NCBI GenBank assembly: GCA_025966525.1 | Contig: JAPDIG010000002.1 | Span: 1-52,563, forward strand | Direction: 5' to 3' | Source: Candidatus Methanophagales archaeon | GTDB lineage: Archaea; Halobacteriota; Syntropharchaeia; Alkanophagales; Methanospirareceae | DNA: 52,563 nucleotides | Shown here: positions 16,151 to 26,133 of the stretch, piece by piece | Numbering within the stretch: position 1 is the first letter of the stretch | How the letters are laid out: each line of letters starts with the position of its first letter | The notes under the pieces: generated by a model | The model's database searches: none | Seen by the model: only the letters and a program-made list of their open reading frames with translations | Told to the model about the DNA's origin: nothing | Program-made: the position numbers and the translations under genes

Positions 16151-16171
16151 AAAAAACCGAGTTTTCAACTC
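16151..16171 (-). terminator. Short hairpin plus T-tract downstream of cytochrome gene 2
   Basis: On the minus strand this reads GAGTT-GAA-AACTC followed by GGTTTTTTCCCCTTATTTTTTATTTTT, directly after the stop at 16181-16183. Confidence 0.4.
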
Positions 16172-16180
16172 TACGCAACT

Positions 16181-17614
16181 CTAACTCGGTAATCCCGCTT
16201 TTTCAAGTTCTTTTGTTATTTCTCCTCTGATGTTCACTGATAGTATTTTATTCTTTTGCCCCGGGATTCCCAGTGGTAGCATCACTTCTCTTCCTGGACT
16301 ACAAGCCCAACATGCCGCATTAGCGTCTAAAACCTCGCCACTTGTATTAAGTAACTGTACATAGAAGACATTGCCGGAAGGCATTATGCCCAAATATGGA
16401 ACCGGAATGCTGAAATTAAATGTACTATTATACCCCGCTGGTACCGGCACTGAGGTTACTGTTGGAACCCAAATGGTATACTGTGGGATTCCCCAGTAAC
16501 ATTGGAACGTTACGTTTTTCTGAGTTGGATTTGTGATGCTGATGGTAATTGTCATCGTGTCACCCGGCGAGTATTTGAATTTATCTGTGGCGACTGTGAC
16601 TGTTGGTTTACGTTTATGAGCACCGATTATCCTATCTATTACTTCTTGTGGAATAAAAGAACCACCTTCGCCAAGTATCTCTCCTTCACAGCCTTTGCAG
16701 AGCACTTCTGGATTTTCATGGCAGTCTGCGCATTCCTTTGCCTTATCTGTAACTGTATGTGGGAACCATGCACCATACCCTGTGTGTGTCGCATTGTTAT
16801 AAGCAGAAGTCATGTTTATGAACGGTTTTATCTTACCATCAGCACCGATAGCAAGATGGAAATCATCAATCACTACTTTCGTTCCCTTCCTGGTGTCTAA
16901 GTGACAGTTTACACATTTTGGTGCCCATCCTGTGTGACATGCAGCACAGTCAAGTTTATCCCCGTGTATTCTGTGCGACTGCGTATCGTTTGAATACTGA
17001 GTCACCGGCATGCCCTTGACCGTCTTTCCAGGTTTTTTGTGGCAATCCTCACACGATATACTCACTGCTTCAAGCATCGTGCTATATTCAACACCCGTAC
17101 CGTGCATATCTTCCGCGGTATGGCACTCTGTGCATGTAAGCCCCTTCTGGTAGTGGATATCCGCCGGATGTGGTACTTCGGGTCCTTCTATCGGAACCTT
17201 GCCATGTGCTGGAGTCTCCCCAATAAAGATCGAGGTCTGTTTCTTAAAGTGGCACTGGTCGCATGTCGTCATATTCTTACTCAAATCTTCCATAACATGC
17301 GGGAACTGATATCCTATATGGCACTTTTCGCAGGTGGTAGCATGGCATTTGGAACAGTTCCACTTCGCATAATACTCATCCATATCAATTCCGAAATGCT
17401 TTGCCGCATACTTCTCGTATTCGCCCTTCATCCCCGCGCCGGTGTAATGGAGCGAAGTCGTAAAATTATCGGCAATCTCTCTATGACACATCGCACAACT
17501 TCCGAAGTCTTCCGCTACTATCGATACATTAGCCAACAAAATGGAAAGCACTGCAACTATCATCACTGGCAATATTTTCTTTACCAATATTCTACACTTT
17601 TTTCGCATTTTCAC
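16181..17614 (-). CDS. Multihaem c-type cytochrome with C-terminal Ig-like domain
   Basis: 477-aa ORF with an N-terminal signal-anchor and nine CxxCH motifs (CAMCH, CSKCH, CEKCH, CDQCH, CTECH, CEDCH, CAACH, CVNCH, CADCH). The haem domain is a close paralogue of 14842-16032. The C-terminal ~130 aa resemble the C-terminus of the ORF at 105-1028. Confidence 0.85.
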   Translation of the reverse strand: MKMRKKCRILVKKILPVMIVAVLSILLANVSIVAEDFGSCAMCHREIADNFTTSLHYTGAGMKGEYEKYAAKHFGIDMDEYYAKWNCSKCHATTCEKCHIGYQFPHVMEDLSKNMTTCDQCHFKKQTSIFIGETPAHGKVPIEGPEVPHPADIHYQKGLTCTECHTAEDMHGTGVEYSTMLEAVSISCEDCHKKPGKTVKGMPVTQYSNDTQSHRIHGDKLDCAACHTGWAPKCVNCHLDTRKGTKVVIDDFHLAIGADGKIKPFINMTSAYNNATHTGYGAWFPHTVTDKAKECADCHENPEVLCKGCEGEILGEGGSFIPQEVIDRIIGAHKRKPTVTVATDKFKYSPGDTMTITISITNPTQKNVTFQCYWGIPQYTIWVPTVTSVPVPAGYNSTFNFSIPVPYLGIMPSGNVFYVQLLNTSGEVLDANAACWACSPGREVMLPLGIPGQKNKILSVNIRGEITKELEKAGLPS

Positions 17615-17815
17615 CTCCTTCTTTTTTTACCCCCTTTCCCCTTCCCCTCCCAAATAGCTACTTGCTATACACTTCCCTATGATGACCATAGCTCATATGA
17701 CTATATAAAACCATATGTTTATAACATAGATCAAATACACTTTTGTAATATCAAATATCTTTATATTTGTGAATAAATTACAATTTAGAGATACAAGACT
17801 AAGAAAGAGAGCAAT

Positions 17816-19000
17816 ATGATCCGTATAACACAGCTTGTTCATGGAAAAGGGACCGTCAGCGAAGCACTAAAGCATAGAAAAAAGCCTCCGCATCAGGTCC
17901 CAAGCAGGCTACTGGCATTTGCCGAAACACGCAGACCCGTGATTTTCTGGAACATCACGAATAGATGTAACTTAGCATGTGCTCATTGCTATATTAGTGC
18001 CAGACCTGAATTGGATGATAGAGAAGAGTTATCATTGGAAGAGGCGAAAGCCTTCATCGCCGACCTCGCGGAGATAAGAGTCCCGTTACTTCTCTTCACC
18101 GGCGGTGAACCACTGGTAAGAAAAGATTTCTGGGAACTCGCTGAATACGCAACTGAAAAAGGGTTGAAAACTGCACTGAGCACCAATGGCACGTTGATAA
18201 CAGAGGAAGTTGCATCAAAAATAAAGGCGCGCGGAATTGAGTACGTAGGTGTGTCGCTGGACGGTGCTAAGGAGGAAACGCATGATGCCATTAGAAATCA
18301 GCCTGGGTGCTTTAAACGCGCGGTGCAAGCGTTGAGGAACTGTGCGGAAATCGGGCTTAAAGCCGGCATCCGAGTTACCATTACGAGGGACAATTATCAA
18401 GAAATAACGGACTTACTTGACCTTGCGATTGAATTAAAAGTGCCGCGGTTTTGCCTTTACTGGCTCGTTCCGAGCGGAAGAGGGAAAGAGATTTATAACC
18501 TGCAATTAGAGCCGCAAGAAGTTGCTCATATCTTTGATTTGTTATATCGAAGAGCAAGGGATTTGAACCCTGAAGAAATGGAAATTCTCACTGTTGATGC
18601 ACCACAAGACGGTATTTATCTGCTGAATAAATTAAAAGGAGATAATAGCCAGGAATACGAAAATGCACTTAAACTACTGCAATATACTGGAGATTCATGT
18701 AGTGCCGGTGACCGCGTCGCGAACGTTGACCCGGCGGGTAATGTTTATCCCTGTCAGTTCGCTCAGTTAGAAGAGTTTAAAATCGGGAATGTCCGAGAAA
18801 GAAAATTCAGTGAACTCTGGAATGATTCTGAAAACCCCGTCCTTGCGGCATTCCGGGAAAAGACGAAATTCTTGAAGGGAAAGTGTGGTTCCTGCGTTTA
18901 CAAAGACTTATGCGGTGGGGGATGCAGGATAAGGGCATACGCAGAGTATGAAGATATATGGGCGGAAGACCCGCTGTGTTCTTTTAATCCTGATAGCTGA
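17816..19000 (+). CDS. Radical SAM/SPASM-domain protein, NirJ/AhbC/AhbD-like (possible alternative haem-biosynthesis enzyme)
   Basis: 394-aa ORF with the canonical cluster ITNRCNLACAHCY, a GGEPL motif and a C-terminal SPASM-type cysteine pattern (CSAG..., CQF, CGSCVYKDLCGGGCRIRA). The AhbD-type assignment is from overall pattern and context next to the cytochrome genes and is not verified. Confidence 0.65.
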   Translation: MIRITQLVHGKGTVSEALKHRKKPPHQVPSRLLAFAETRRPVIFWNITNRCNLACAHCYISARPELDDREELSLEEAKAFIADLAEIRVPLLLFTGGEPLVRKDFWELAEYATEKGLKTALSTNGTLITEEVASKIKARGIEYVGVSLDGAKEETHDAIRNQPGCFKRAVQALRNCAEIGLKAGIRVTITRDNYQEITDLLDLAIELKVPRFCLYWLVPSGRGKEIYNLQLEPQEVAHIFDLLYRRARDLNPEEMEILTVDAPQDGIYLLNKLKGDNSQEYENALKLLQYTGDSCSAGDRVANVDPAGNVYPCQFAQLEEFKIGNVRERKFSELWNDSENPVLAAFREKTKFLKGKCGSCVYKDLCGGGCRIRAYAEYEDIWAEDPLCSFNPDS

Positions 19001-19011
19001 GAAAGAAGAAT

Positions 19012-19353
19012 ATGACCGTAATACCGCCTTCTTATGACATACCGGAGGAGACAGTAGAAAAAGTGAGGAGTCTTGTAAAAGAAGATGTTGGAGACATAGC
19101 CTTTATTTTCAAAGTCTTATCCGACCCGCTCAGAATTGGGATATTGAAGGCATTAAATACCGACCATCTTTGTGTATGCGTTTTTGTCGAAGTTACGAAT
19201 CAAAGGTATTCGCTCCTATCTTACCACCTGAAACAACTGAAAGAGGCGAAATTAGTAGATTATAAAAAGCAAGGTAAGTTTTTAATGTATCACCTGACGG
19301 AGTTAGGAAAAAGGATATTGGATATTATCGCAGAGATAAAAGAATCGCTATAA
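19012..19353 (+). CDS. ArsR/SmtB-family winged-helix transcriptional regulator
   Basis: 113-aa ORF. LSDPLRIGILKAL....LCVCVFVEV....SLLSYHLKQLKEAKLV matches the ArsR HTH core. It starts 12 nt after the radical SAM gene. Confidence 0.75.
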   Translation: MTVIPPSYDIPEETVEKVRSLVKEDVGDIAFIFKVLSDPLRIGILKALNTDHLCVCVFVEVTNQRYSLLSYHLKQLKEAKLVDYKKQGKFLMYHLTELGKRILDIIAEIKESL

Positions 19354-19384
19354 TTAATTAATCGCTCGCATTCTTCGACTTTAA

Positions 19385-20284
19385 TCAATCATATAAGCCC
19401 CTATCACGTATATTTAACTTCATCCCCTTCTTCAATTCCTTATACCTGTTTCGAAGTGTAACAGGGGTTGTACCTGCGACTGTAGCTATTTTCTTCTCCT
19501 CTTGATACTCAACCTTACCACTTAAAGTCATTGCGAGGTATATTGCCGCCGCCGCCGTTCCTGCTGGTGCCCACCCTTTTGTTGCTACTGTTTCTCCACT
19601 TTCTTTTATTATTTTTATTGCCCTTTCCCTTACTACATCACTTAATCCCAGTTCAGAGCAAAACCGGGGAATGTAACGTGCGGGGTCAGTCGGTGCAAGC
19701 TTTATTTCAAGGTTTCTTAAAAGGGAAAGATATGTCCTTCTTATTTTCCTCAAAGGCATTTTTGATACCTCTGCAATCTCTTTCAGTGTTCGTGGAACTC
19801 CGCACTGCCTGCAAGTGATATACAGCATCGCCGAGACTAATTCTTCTATACTCCGTCCCTTAATCAATTTCTGCTTCACCGCTTTTCGGTATAATACTGA
19901 AGTTGCCTCCTTGATATAATTCGGCAGCTTGAGCGCACATGCCATTCTATCTATCTCAACGAGTGCGAAGGTAAGAGTTTTTTCACTGCTGTCCATACTT
20001 GTCCACTGTAAACGCCTCGCTCGCATAGGCAATTTTGGCATACCTGTACTCAATCCTTTGTCATGTATTCTATAACTCATAGGAGGACCTGTTCTTACCC
20101 TTTTAGAGGCTTGTTCGGAGTCATACGCACGCCATTCCGGTCCAAGGTCCACAAGATTCTCTGTTATTACCATTCCGCAATCAGAACAGTAAAGTTCCCC
20201 ATGCTTCGGATCTGTCACTATATTTTTCGACCCGCATTCTGGACATTCTCTTATTCTGTTAGTCATAATCATTATCTCCTCCAA
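19385..20284 (-). CDS. tfb: Transcription initiation factor IIB (TFB)
   Basis: 299-aa ORF with an N-terminal zinc ribbon CPECGS...CSDCG, a B-finger/linker region (GPEWRAYD) and two cyclin-like repeats. Confidence 0.9.
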   Translation of the reverse strand: MEEIMIMTNRIRECPECGSKNIVTDPKHGELYCSDCGMVITENLVDLGPEWRAYDSEQASKRVRTGPPMSYRIHDKGLSTGMPKLPMRARRLQWTSMDSSEKTLTFALVEIDRMACALKLPNYIKEATSVLYRKAVKQKLIKGRSIEELVSAMLYITCRQCGVPRTLKEIAEVSKMPLRKIRRTYLSLLRNLEIKLAPTDPARYIPRFCSELGLSDVVRERAIKIIKESGETVATKGWAPAGTAAAAIYLAMTLSGKVEYQEEKKIATVAGTTPVTLRNRYKELKKGMKLNIRDRGLYD

Positions 20285-20460
20285 AGAGAAATATCTACAC
20301 TAACCAGCTCGCAAAGTCATACAGCTAACTCAAATAATTCTCTCCCCTTTTCCTCCCTTTGTAATCATTCTTCTTTTCTGCATTACCCATCAATTATATT
20401 ATGTTTTTTATGACATAAATAGATTAGAGCGAAACTACAAGATTACACGGTTTTCATCAC

Positions 20461-20751
20461 TTAAAGCCTTCTTTTAAGTTCCGAAATCACTTCTTCCACT
20501 TTCCCTGTTAACCAGTATTTCCTTATCGCTTTTCCCTTTGACTTCGCATCATCAGATATTTCGTATTTACTGCTCAAGAATCCATGCTCCTCCAGAGTAA
20601 GCAGATGATAAGAAATGAGCCTTCTTTCTTCTCCTAACGCATTGCTTATTTCGTTTATATGCATCGGCTTCTCTTCAAGCAGTTCCACAATCCTGTACCT
20701 CTTCGGGTGCAAAAGCACATGTACGTCCTTTAAGTTATCTTCTATTTTCAT
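20461..20751 (-). CDS. ArsR-like winged-helix DNA-binding protein
   Basis: 96-aa ORF. LLHPKRYRIVELLEEKPMHINEISNALGEERRLISYHLLTLEEHGFL is an ArsR-type wHTH. Confidence 0.65.
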   Translation of the reverse strand: MKIEDNLKDVHVLLHPKRYRIVELLEEKPMHINEISNALGEERRLISYHLLTLEEHGFLSSKYEISDDAKSKGKAIRKYWLTGKVEEVISELKRRL

Positions 20752-20920
20752 CGTAAATCCTTCTTTTGGAAGAGAGTACTTAAAAATATTCCCATTTTTT
20801 TCCGTTTATGCGAAATATACTCAGCACAATTTCATTTATATTCTAACATATCTTTATTATGGTGTCGTGATACCGCGAAAAAAAAACGGGTAAAAAGAGA
20901 AAAAAAGGTGAAAAAGGAAG

Positions 20921-21727
20921 ATGAAAGTTCGCGATATAATGAGCACGCCAATCATTACCGAAGATGAAGGCACGGGGGTCATTAAAATAGCGAAAGATAT
21001 GGAAGAGTTGGGGATAGGTAGCGTAGTTATCACCTCAGGAGGTAAACCCGCAGGAATAATCACTGAACGCAACATAGCATTAAAAGTTCTGTTAAAGAAT
21101 AGAAGGGCAAGTGATGTAAAAGCGAAAGAAATAATGTCTTCCCCTCTGGTCACCATCGCGCCAGAGGCATCAGTAGAGGAAGCATGCGAGCTTGCCGCAA
21201 AGAATGCTATAAAAAGGCTGCCTGTGGTTGAAAATGGAGTGCTCATCGGCATTGTAAGCGTTAGAAACATATTGACACTGAAGCCAGAGTATGTAAAAAG
21301 ATTTTATCCAGAGGTGCGAGTTTTAGCGAGTGGGTGGACACTTGACCGGCTTGAGCACTCTTTGATTGACTGCGAAGTGTTCTTAGCGGGAAAAAAGGTG
21401 AATCGCTACAAAGAAAGACTGAAAGAAGTGTACGATGAACTGAGCGAACTCATGAGCTATTACGTGGACGACAAGGAGCTGAAGGATATATTTAACATCA
21501 CGGAGCAGCTCTATCAAGATATTGAAGGTAAAAGTGAGATAGAAATATCAACAGAAGAGCAAAAAAAGAAGCTGGAAAATGTATTGAGAAAATTCAGGCA
21601 CACAACCTACTGGAGGAAACAGCAGTCCATGACCAGCTTTGCATCGGGAATTTTTTGGTTCCGTGATTACCGACATGGTATGGGCAAAGAGCTTCGATTG
21701 CCTTTCAAAAGAACGCGACCGATGTGA
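20921..21727 (+). CDS. CBS-domain protein with C-terminal helical extension
   Basis: 268-aa ORF with a tandem CBS pair (VRDIMSTPIIT..., AKEIMSSPLVTI...RLPVVENGVLIGIVS), followed by a charged helical region of unknown function. Confidence 0.7.
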   Translation: MKVRDIMSTPIITEDEGTGVIKIAKDMEELGIGSVVITSGGKPAGIITERNIALKVLLKNRRASDVKAKEIMSSPLVTIAPEASVEEACELAAKNAIKRLPVVENGVLIGIVSVRNILTLKPEYVKRFYPEVRVLASGWTLDRLEHSLIDCEVFLAGKKVNRYKERLKEVYDELSELMSYYVDDKELKDIFNITEQLYQDIEGKSEIEISTEEQKKKLENVLRKFRHTTYWRKQQSMTSFASGIFWFRDYRHGMGKELRLPFKRTRPM

Positions 21728-21790
21728 TCGAATAGGGATAAGAAAGAAGTAGAAGGAGGTGCGTAAGGAGAGATGAGAGTTAAGGAGGCT

Positions 21791-22156
21791 TTATTTTCTC
21801 CCTTTTTCTGAAAACCAGCCTTCACTTCTCATCACTTCCATTGAAATCCTGTTACCCGGAGCATCTCCTCTGGCTACGAAAACCCCGACATTCTCGCCAA
21901 CCGCTTCTGATATCTCTGCAACATCTCTATGTGTAAATCCTGGACAGAGAAGGATTGACTGAATACCCTCCTCTTTGACAACCTTTTTGCATACTTCAAT
22001 CGCTTGCTCCTGATCTTTGACCACTACTACGAAGAGCTTATAGTACCTGCACGTTTCAATAATACATCTATGCATCTCTGCTTCTGCATCTGGAGCATGA
22101 GCGAGGAACAGTACTTTAAATGTCATACTTATCACCTCCGAAATCTTCTTTGACAC
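21791..22156 (-). CDS. Small alpha/beta protein of unknown function
   Basis: 121-aa ORF. The likely real start is the ATG at 22126 ([12 protein letters not shown]...), which would overlap the upstream pyrophosphatase gene stop by about 10 nt. No catalytic motif was recognised. Confidence 0.5.
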   Translation of the reverse strand: MSKKISEVISMTFKVLFLAHAPDAEAEMHRCIIETCRYYKLFVVVVKDQEQAIEVCKKVVKEEGIQSILLCPGFTHRDVAEISEAVGENVGVFVARGDAPGNRISMEVMRSEGWFSEKGRK

Positions 22157-23810
22157 TATTTAGCCTCTCGCAGAAGTATCCTATCGCAGGGATAAAATCT
22201 TTCTTTCGCGATAAAGTTCTTGGAATAGTACATTTATCGTTCTCTATTTTAACCGCGAACGCCTTCTCAATTATCATCTTATCTCCTTTGACTAAAATCT
22301 CTTCACCCTTGCGTAATGGATTAGTAATGAGGAAAGCGACCAAATCGTATTGATTCTCCTTACGCAAGCGTTCCATCTCTGATTTAATATCCTCTTCTTT
22401 TACGCCCATCTCATCCTCATTCAAAACCATTATTTGCCCCACACCAACTTTTTTCGTACCCAGCAGATATTCTTTAAAATCATGAAGCAGGATTTCTCTG
22501 GCGGATTTGCTCTTAATGTTTATACTTGCAGTTAAAAGTTCTTTGCCGTATTCTTCAATTCCAACGTCAAGAATATCAGCCAATTTATGAGCAATTTCTT
22601 TATCTCGTTCCGTGGTGGTGGATAAAGTCAGGATTAAGGTATCAGAGAGGATGCCAGCGAGAAGCAATCCCGCTATTTCTGCCGGAATATCTATTTGATG
22701 AAGAAACATAAATCCCGCGACAATGGTGCATGTACTGCCAATAGGCTCATTGTGAACATGGATAGGCATCAGTGTAGATATGTCGCCAACCCGGTGATGG
22801 TCAATAATCTCCAGTATCTCTGCTTCCTGTACCCCATCAGCAGCCTGCGAAATCTCATTATGGTCAACTAAGATGACCTTTTTTCTTATTGGATGAAGTA
22901 AATCCGTCCTTGTGATTATACCTATCAAACGCTTGTCACCGTTTACCAGCAGCACACAGCGATATTTAGATTCTGCGACTTTACGTCTTATCTCAGAGAT
23001 CCGGGTATAAAGTCCCGCTACGGGAACCTCTTTTGACATTATAACATGGAGAGGTGTTGACAATGCGAACAACTTGGCGGTATCAAACGTGTGATACGGA
23101 GAAGAAACAATTAACGTTCCTTTTTTGGCTGCTAAAGAGATGACCTCCTGGCTAATGGCGGAATCGCCGGTGATTATAAGAGCAGAACATCCAGAATTAA
23201 TCAAATCTATTTGAACATCCGTCCTGTCGCCAAGAATAACGATATCCCCCGCCCGGACTCTGTTTAAAATCGTTGATTTCTGCATTGCTGCGATAAATAT
23301 CCTGCCTTTTAGTTTGTCGATGTTCTTGGGATTGGCAATCACTTTTGCGTCTAAGGTATTAACCAGAATATTCAGGTCAATCGGAGTCGTTGATAAATCA
23401 CCAAAGCCCATAGTACCAATATAGTGTTCAGCGATGTCTTTCAGACCAATAATTCCTAATAGCCTTCTGGTGGAGTCTACGATGGGGACGGTGCGGATAC
23501 CTCTTTCTTTCATCAAAGAAGCAACATCCTTAAGGGAATCGTAGGGAGAAGCGACAATGGGTTTTTTCAATTCCATATCACTGGCAGTAGGTGCTAAACT
23601 TTCTATTTCTATCGGGGGCTCGAAATTGAATTTTTCAAGAGCAAATTTTGTTTCGCTATTTAATTCTCCCGCCCTTGCAGGAATATACAGGTATCTCTTG
23701 TCAACAATATTTTTGAAGTATGCATATCCAATAGCGGAGCAGACGGAATCGCAATCGGGGTTTTTGTGCCCAATAATAAATACCTGCTTCAGAGTCATCT
23801 CTTCTCCCAC
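22116..23810 (-). CDS. CBS-domain-containing family II inorganic pyrophosphatase (DHH-CBS-DRTGG-CBS-DHHA2)
   Basis: 564-aa ORF with an N-terminal DHH block ([20 protein letters not shown]). CBS and DRTGG-like inserts follow ([11 protein letters not shown]..., ALIITGD). The DHH core then resumes (VDHNE, IIDHHR), and there is a DHHA2-like C-terminus. Confidence 0.8.
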   Translation of the reverse strand: MGEEMTLKQVFIIGHKNPDCDSVCSAIGYAYFKNIVDKRYLYIPARAGELNSETKFALEKFNFEPPIEIESLAPTASDMELKKPIVASPYDSLKDVASLMKERGIRTVPIVDSTRRLLGIIGLKDIAEHYIGTMGFGDLSTTPIDLNILVNTLDAKVIANPKNIDKLKGRIFIAAMQKSTILNRVRAGDIVILGDRTDVQIDLINSGCSALIITGDSAISQEVISLAAKKGTLIVSSPYHTFDTAKLFALSTPLHVIMSKEVPVAGLYTRISEIRRKVAESKYRCVLLVNGDKRLIGIITRTDLLHPIRKKVILVDHNEISQAADGVQEAEILEIIDHHRVGDISTLMPIHVHNEPIGSTCTIVAGFMFLHQIDIPAEIAGLLLAGILSDTLILTLSTTTERDKEIAHKLADILDVGIEEYGKELLTASINIKSKSAREILLHDFKEYLLGTKKVGVGQIMVLNEDEMGVKEEDIKSEMERLRKENQYDLVAFLITNPLRKGEEILVKGDKMIIEKAFAVKIENDKCTIPRTLSRKKDFIPAIGYFCERLNSVKEDFGGDKYDI

Positions 23811-25105
23811 TTATACAAATCCAGAACTTGAGAAAGTGTCCTGCCTCTCTTTATCTCTTCCCTTACTCGTTCCTCGTTCTTCCATACCTCTTTCGCACGT
23901 CTTGCAATTTCATACGCATGCCCCTTTGGAACGACCACAACGCCGTTCTCATCGCCTATAATCCAATCTCCGGGTTTCACTTCCTGTCCACCGCACTTTA
24001 TCTCAGTATTTAGTTCACCAAAACCTTTTGGCTCTCCTGCGTTCGGCACTATGTATTTAGCGAAAACAGGGAATCTCAATCTCCTTATCTCCTCTACATC
24101 CCGCACTGCACCGTCTATAACGATACCTGCAATGCCTTTTTGCTTACAACTCCACGATGCGAGTTCACCCCAGGGTGCGATATCCTTTGAGCCCGCATAA
24201 ACCACAATTACATCTCCTTCCTTTGCTACATCTGTTGCCTCTACCGGCTTCGCCCAGTCTCCCTCGAACGTCTGCACGGTTACCGCCTTGCCTACAAGCT
24301 TTATATTCTCAAATAGCGGTTTTATACCTTGCATCACACCTTTACGATGCATCGCATCTGATATGTTCGGTGTGGACACCTGCATAAACAACTCGAAAAT
24401 CTGTTCATCAAGTGTTCTCTTCTCCACCCTCTTTCTCTCTTCTTTTCCCGCTATTCCAGAATCCATACTTTTTCTTATCTTTATCGTTGATTCTCGCACC
24501 TTCGCGGACCTCGTTATGTTGCCGCCAACGATAACAACCTCCGCACCCAAATTCACCACCTCTGATGCCATTTCCGCATCTACACCACCTGCTACTGCCA
24601 ATGGCGTGTCTATCGCCGCAGATACTTTTTCCAAAAGATTCAGCGTATCCATCCCCCGCATCTGCTGGTCTATCCCTACATGCACACAGACGTAATCCAC
24701 ACCCATCCCTTCCATCTCCTCTGCTCGCCGTACCGGGTCCTTTGCGTTCATTATATCTGTCATAATCGCCACACCGTATTTACGAGCAGATTTTACCGCC
24801 TCTTCTATCACAGCATTATCCGCAACTGCAAGTATAGTGACCACAGAAGCGCCGGACTTCGCCGCCATCTCTACTTCTATCGCACCGGTATCCATAGTTT
24901 TCATATCTGCTACTATTTTCACGTCAGGGAAAACTTCTTTCAGCATTCTTATTGCATTCATTCCTTCGCTCTTTATCAACGGCGTTCCCACTTCTAACCA
25001 GTCAGCACCACCTTCTAAACTCTCTTTTCCTATTTCTATCGCTCTTTCCAGCTCGAGCACATCGAGAGCAACTTGCAGTATCTTCTTCTCTCCCTTTTTC
25101 TTCAT
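23795..25105 (-). CDS. Bifunctional 3-hexulose-6-phosphate synthase-like / RraA-like protein
   Basis: 436-aa ORF. The N-terminal half is OMP-decarboxylase/HPS-like (LQVALDV..., [33 protein letters not shown]). The C-terminal half is RraA/aldolase-like (ISDAMHRKG..., GELAS...[13 protein letters not shown]). Confidence 0.75.
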   Translation of the reverse strand: MKKKGEKKILQVALDVLELERAIEIGKESLEGGADWLEVGTPLIKSEGMNAIRMLKEVFPDVKIVADMKTMDTGAIEVEMAAKSGASVVTILAVADNAVIEEAVKSARKYGVAIMTDIMNAKDPVRRAEEMEGMGVDYVCVHVGIDQQMRGMDTLNLLEKVSAAIDTPLAVAGGVDAEMASEVVNLGAEVVIVGGNITRSAKVRESTIKIRKSMDSGIAGKEERKRVEKRTLDEQIFELFMQVSTPNISDAMHRKGVMQGIKPLFENIKLVGKAVTVQTFEGDWAKPVEATDVAKEGDVIVVYAGSKDIAPWGELASWSCKQKGIAGIVIDGAVRDVEEIRRLRFPVFAKYIVPNAGEPKGFGELNTEIKCGGQEVKPGDWIIGDENGVVVVPKGHAYEIARRAKEVWKNEERVREEIKRGRTLSQVLDLYKWEKR

Positions 25106-25161
25106 ATTGAATCCATTAATTTAAATTAAAGAATAATATACAAGGGCTGAAAACTGATTAC

Positions 25162-26076
25162 ATGGAGCTAAAACTAAGTTCGCCTCAAGACTGTGTCGGC
25201 GATTTTACTTACAACTTCATTTGGCAGCACAGAGGAGCAAAACTCAATCCGAGAGATATAATCCCTTCTCAACTCGGCGCGAGGTTTTCGTATGAAGATG
25301 TTGTTGAAGCATTGAAAAGAGGCGAAGATGTGCATATTAAAGGAGATGTGGGCAAGAGGCTTGGCTCCAGCTTAGGTGTTGACCTCGTTTTTTTCTGTGG
25401 CAGTGGAAAGGAATTGCCTGAAGTGGGGTCTATAATAGTAGATGGAAATGCAGGCTCCTATCTTGGAATGAGCATGCTTTCAGGTGCTATTTACGTTAAG
25501 GGCGAAGTTGAAGAACCTGTTGGCAATGTCATACAGATAAAAACCGATTTGAACAGCTACAAGAAATTTGTTTCGATAACTTGGCTCTTGCATCATACAG
25601 AGGAGATAGAAAGGGGCAGCATACTTGAGCCTAACGAGTTCAGAGAAGGTGAGCTGCTTCTTAGAGACGGAATTTTGAGAAGTACGCTTGCTGCTCGTTG
25701 CAGGAAAGCGAGAAAGGTACATGTGAAAGGAGACGTTGGGATAAGCGTTGGCATATTGATGCGTAAAGGTTTTGTTTTGGTAGATGGATCTGCGGGGATG
25801 AACGCGGCTGCTTTGCTCAATGGTGGTAAAGTGGTGATATTGGGTGATGCATCAGAATTCCTGGGTGTGGAGATGAGAAAAGGGCTTGTGTTTGTAAAGG
25901 GTAATTGCAAAGGCTTTGTAGGTGCTAAAATAACTGGTGGCAGGATAATTTGCAGAAGGACAAAGCCAGTGCCACCGGTTAAGGAAAAAGCACTTGAAAA
26001 GGAAGATCTAACGTTGCTTGCTGAGTTTGGAATCTCGGGTATGATTACGCTGAATTATGGACGGTATGAGGTTTGA
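25162..26076 (+). CDS. GXGXG-motif protein (FwdC / glutamate-synthase domain-3 family)
   Basis: 304-aa ORF with repeated beta-helix units. Examples are IKGDVGKRLGSSLG, VDGNAGSYLGMSMLSGAIYVKGEV, VKGDVGISVGILMRKGFVLVDGSAG and ILGDASEFLGVEMRKGLVFVKGN. Confidence 0.65.
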   Translation: MELKLSSPQDCVGDFTYNFIWQHRGAKLNPRDIIPSQLGARFSYEDVVEALKRGEDVHIKGDVGKRLGSSLGVDLVFFCGSGKELPEVGSIIVDGNAGSYLGMSMLSGAIYVKGEVEEPVGNVIQIKTDLNSYKKFVSITWLLHHTEEIERGSILEPNEFREGELLLRDGILRSTLAARCRKARKVHVKGDVGISVGILMRKGFVLVDGSAGMNAAALLNGGKVVILGDASEFLGVEMRKGLVFVKGNCKGFVGAKITGGRIICRRTKPVPPVKEKALEKEDLTLLAEFGISGMITLNYGRYEV

Positions 26077-26133
26077 GTTTGAAAGTTTTTTCTAATTAAA
26101 GTATATTATGAATGAAAGGAAATAAAAAGCTTC

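Noticed and set aside
17039-17776. A 245-aa plus-strand ORF, and similar long ORFs at 2678-3262, 8370-8867, 13602-14048, 28209-28769, 36696-37343, 44973-45581 and 47986-48741.
   Set aside because: All lie antisense to, and almost entirely within, strongly supported CDSs (cytochrome, COG1900 protein, Pup-ligase paralogue, SRP54, NrdJ, ThyX/CBS, ThiC, histidine kinase). Their composition is low-complexity and rich in Ser, Leu, Phe and Cys, typical of shadow frames. None shows a recognisable motif.
20921-23810. The apparent enrichment of CBS-domain proteins (four in the window), considered as a coordinated system.
   Set aside because: CBS domains are very common regulatory modules in archaeal genomes. 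These genes are dispersed with unrelated partners, so there is no evidence of a functional unit.
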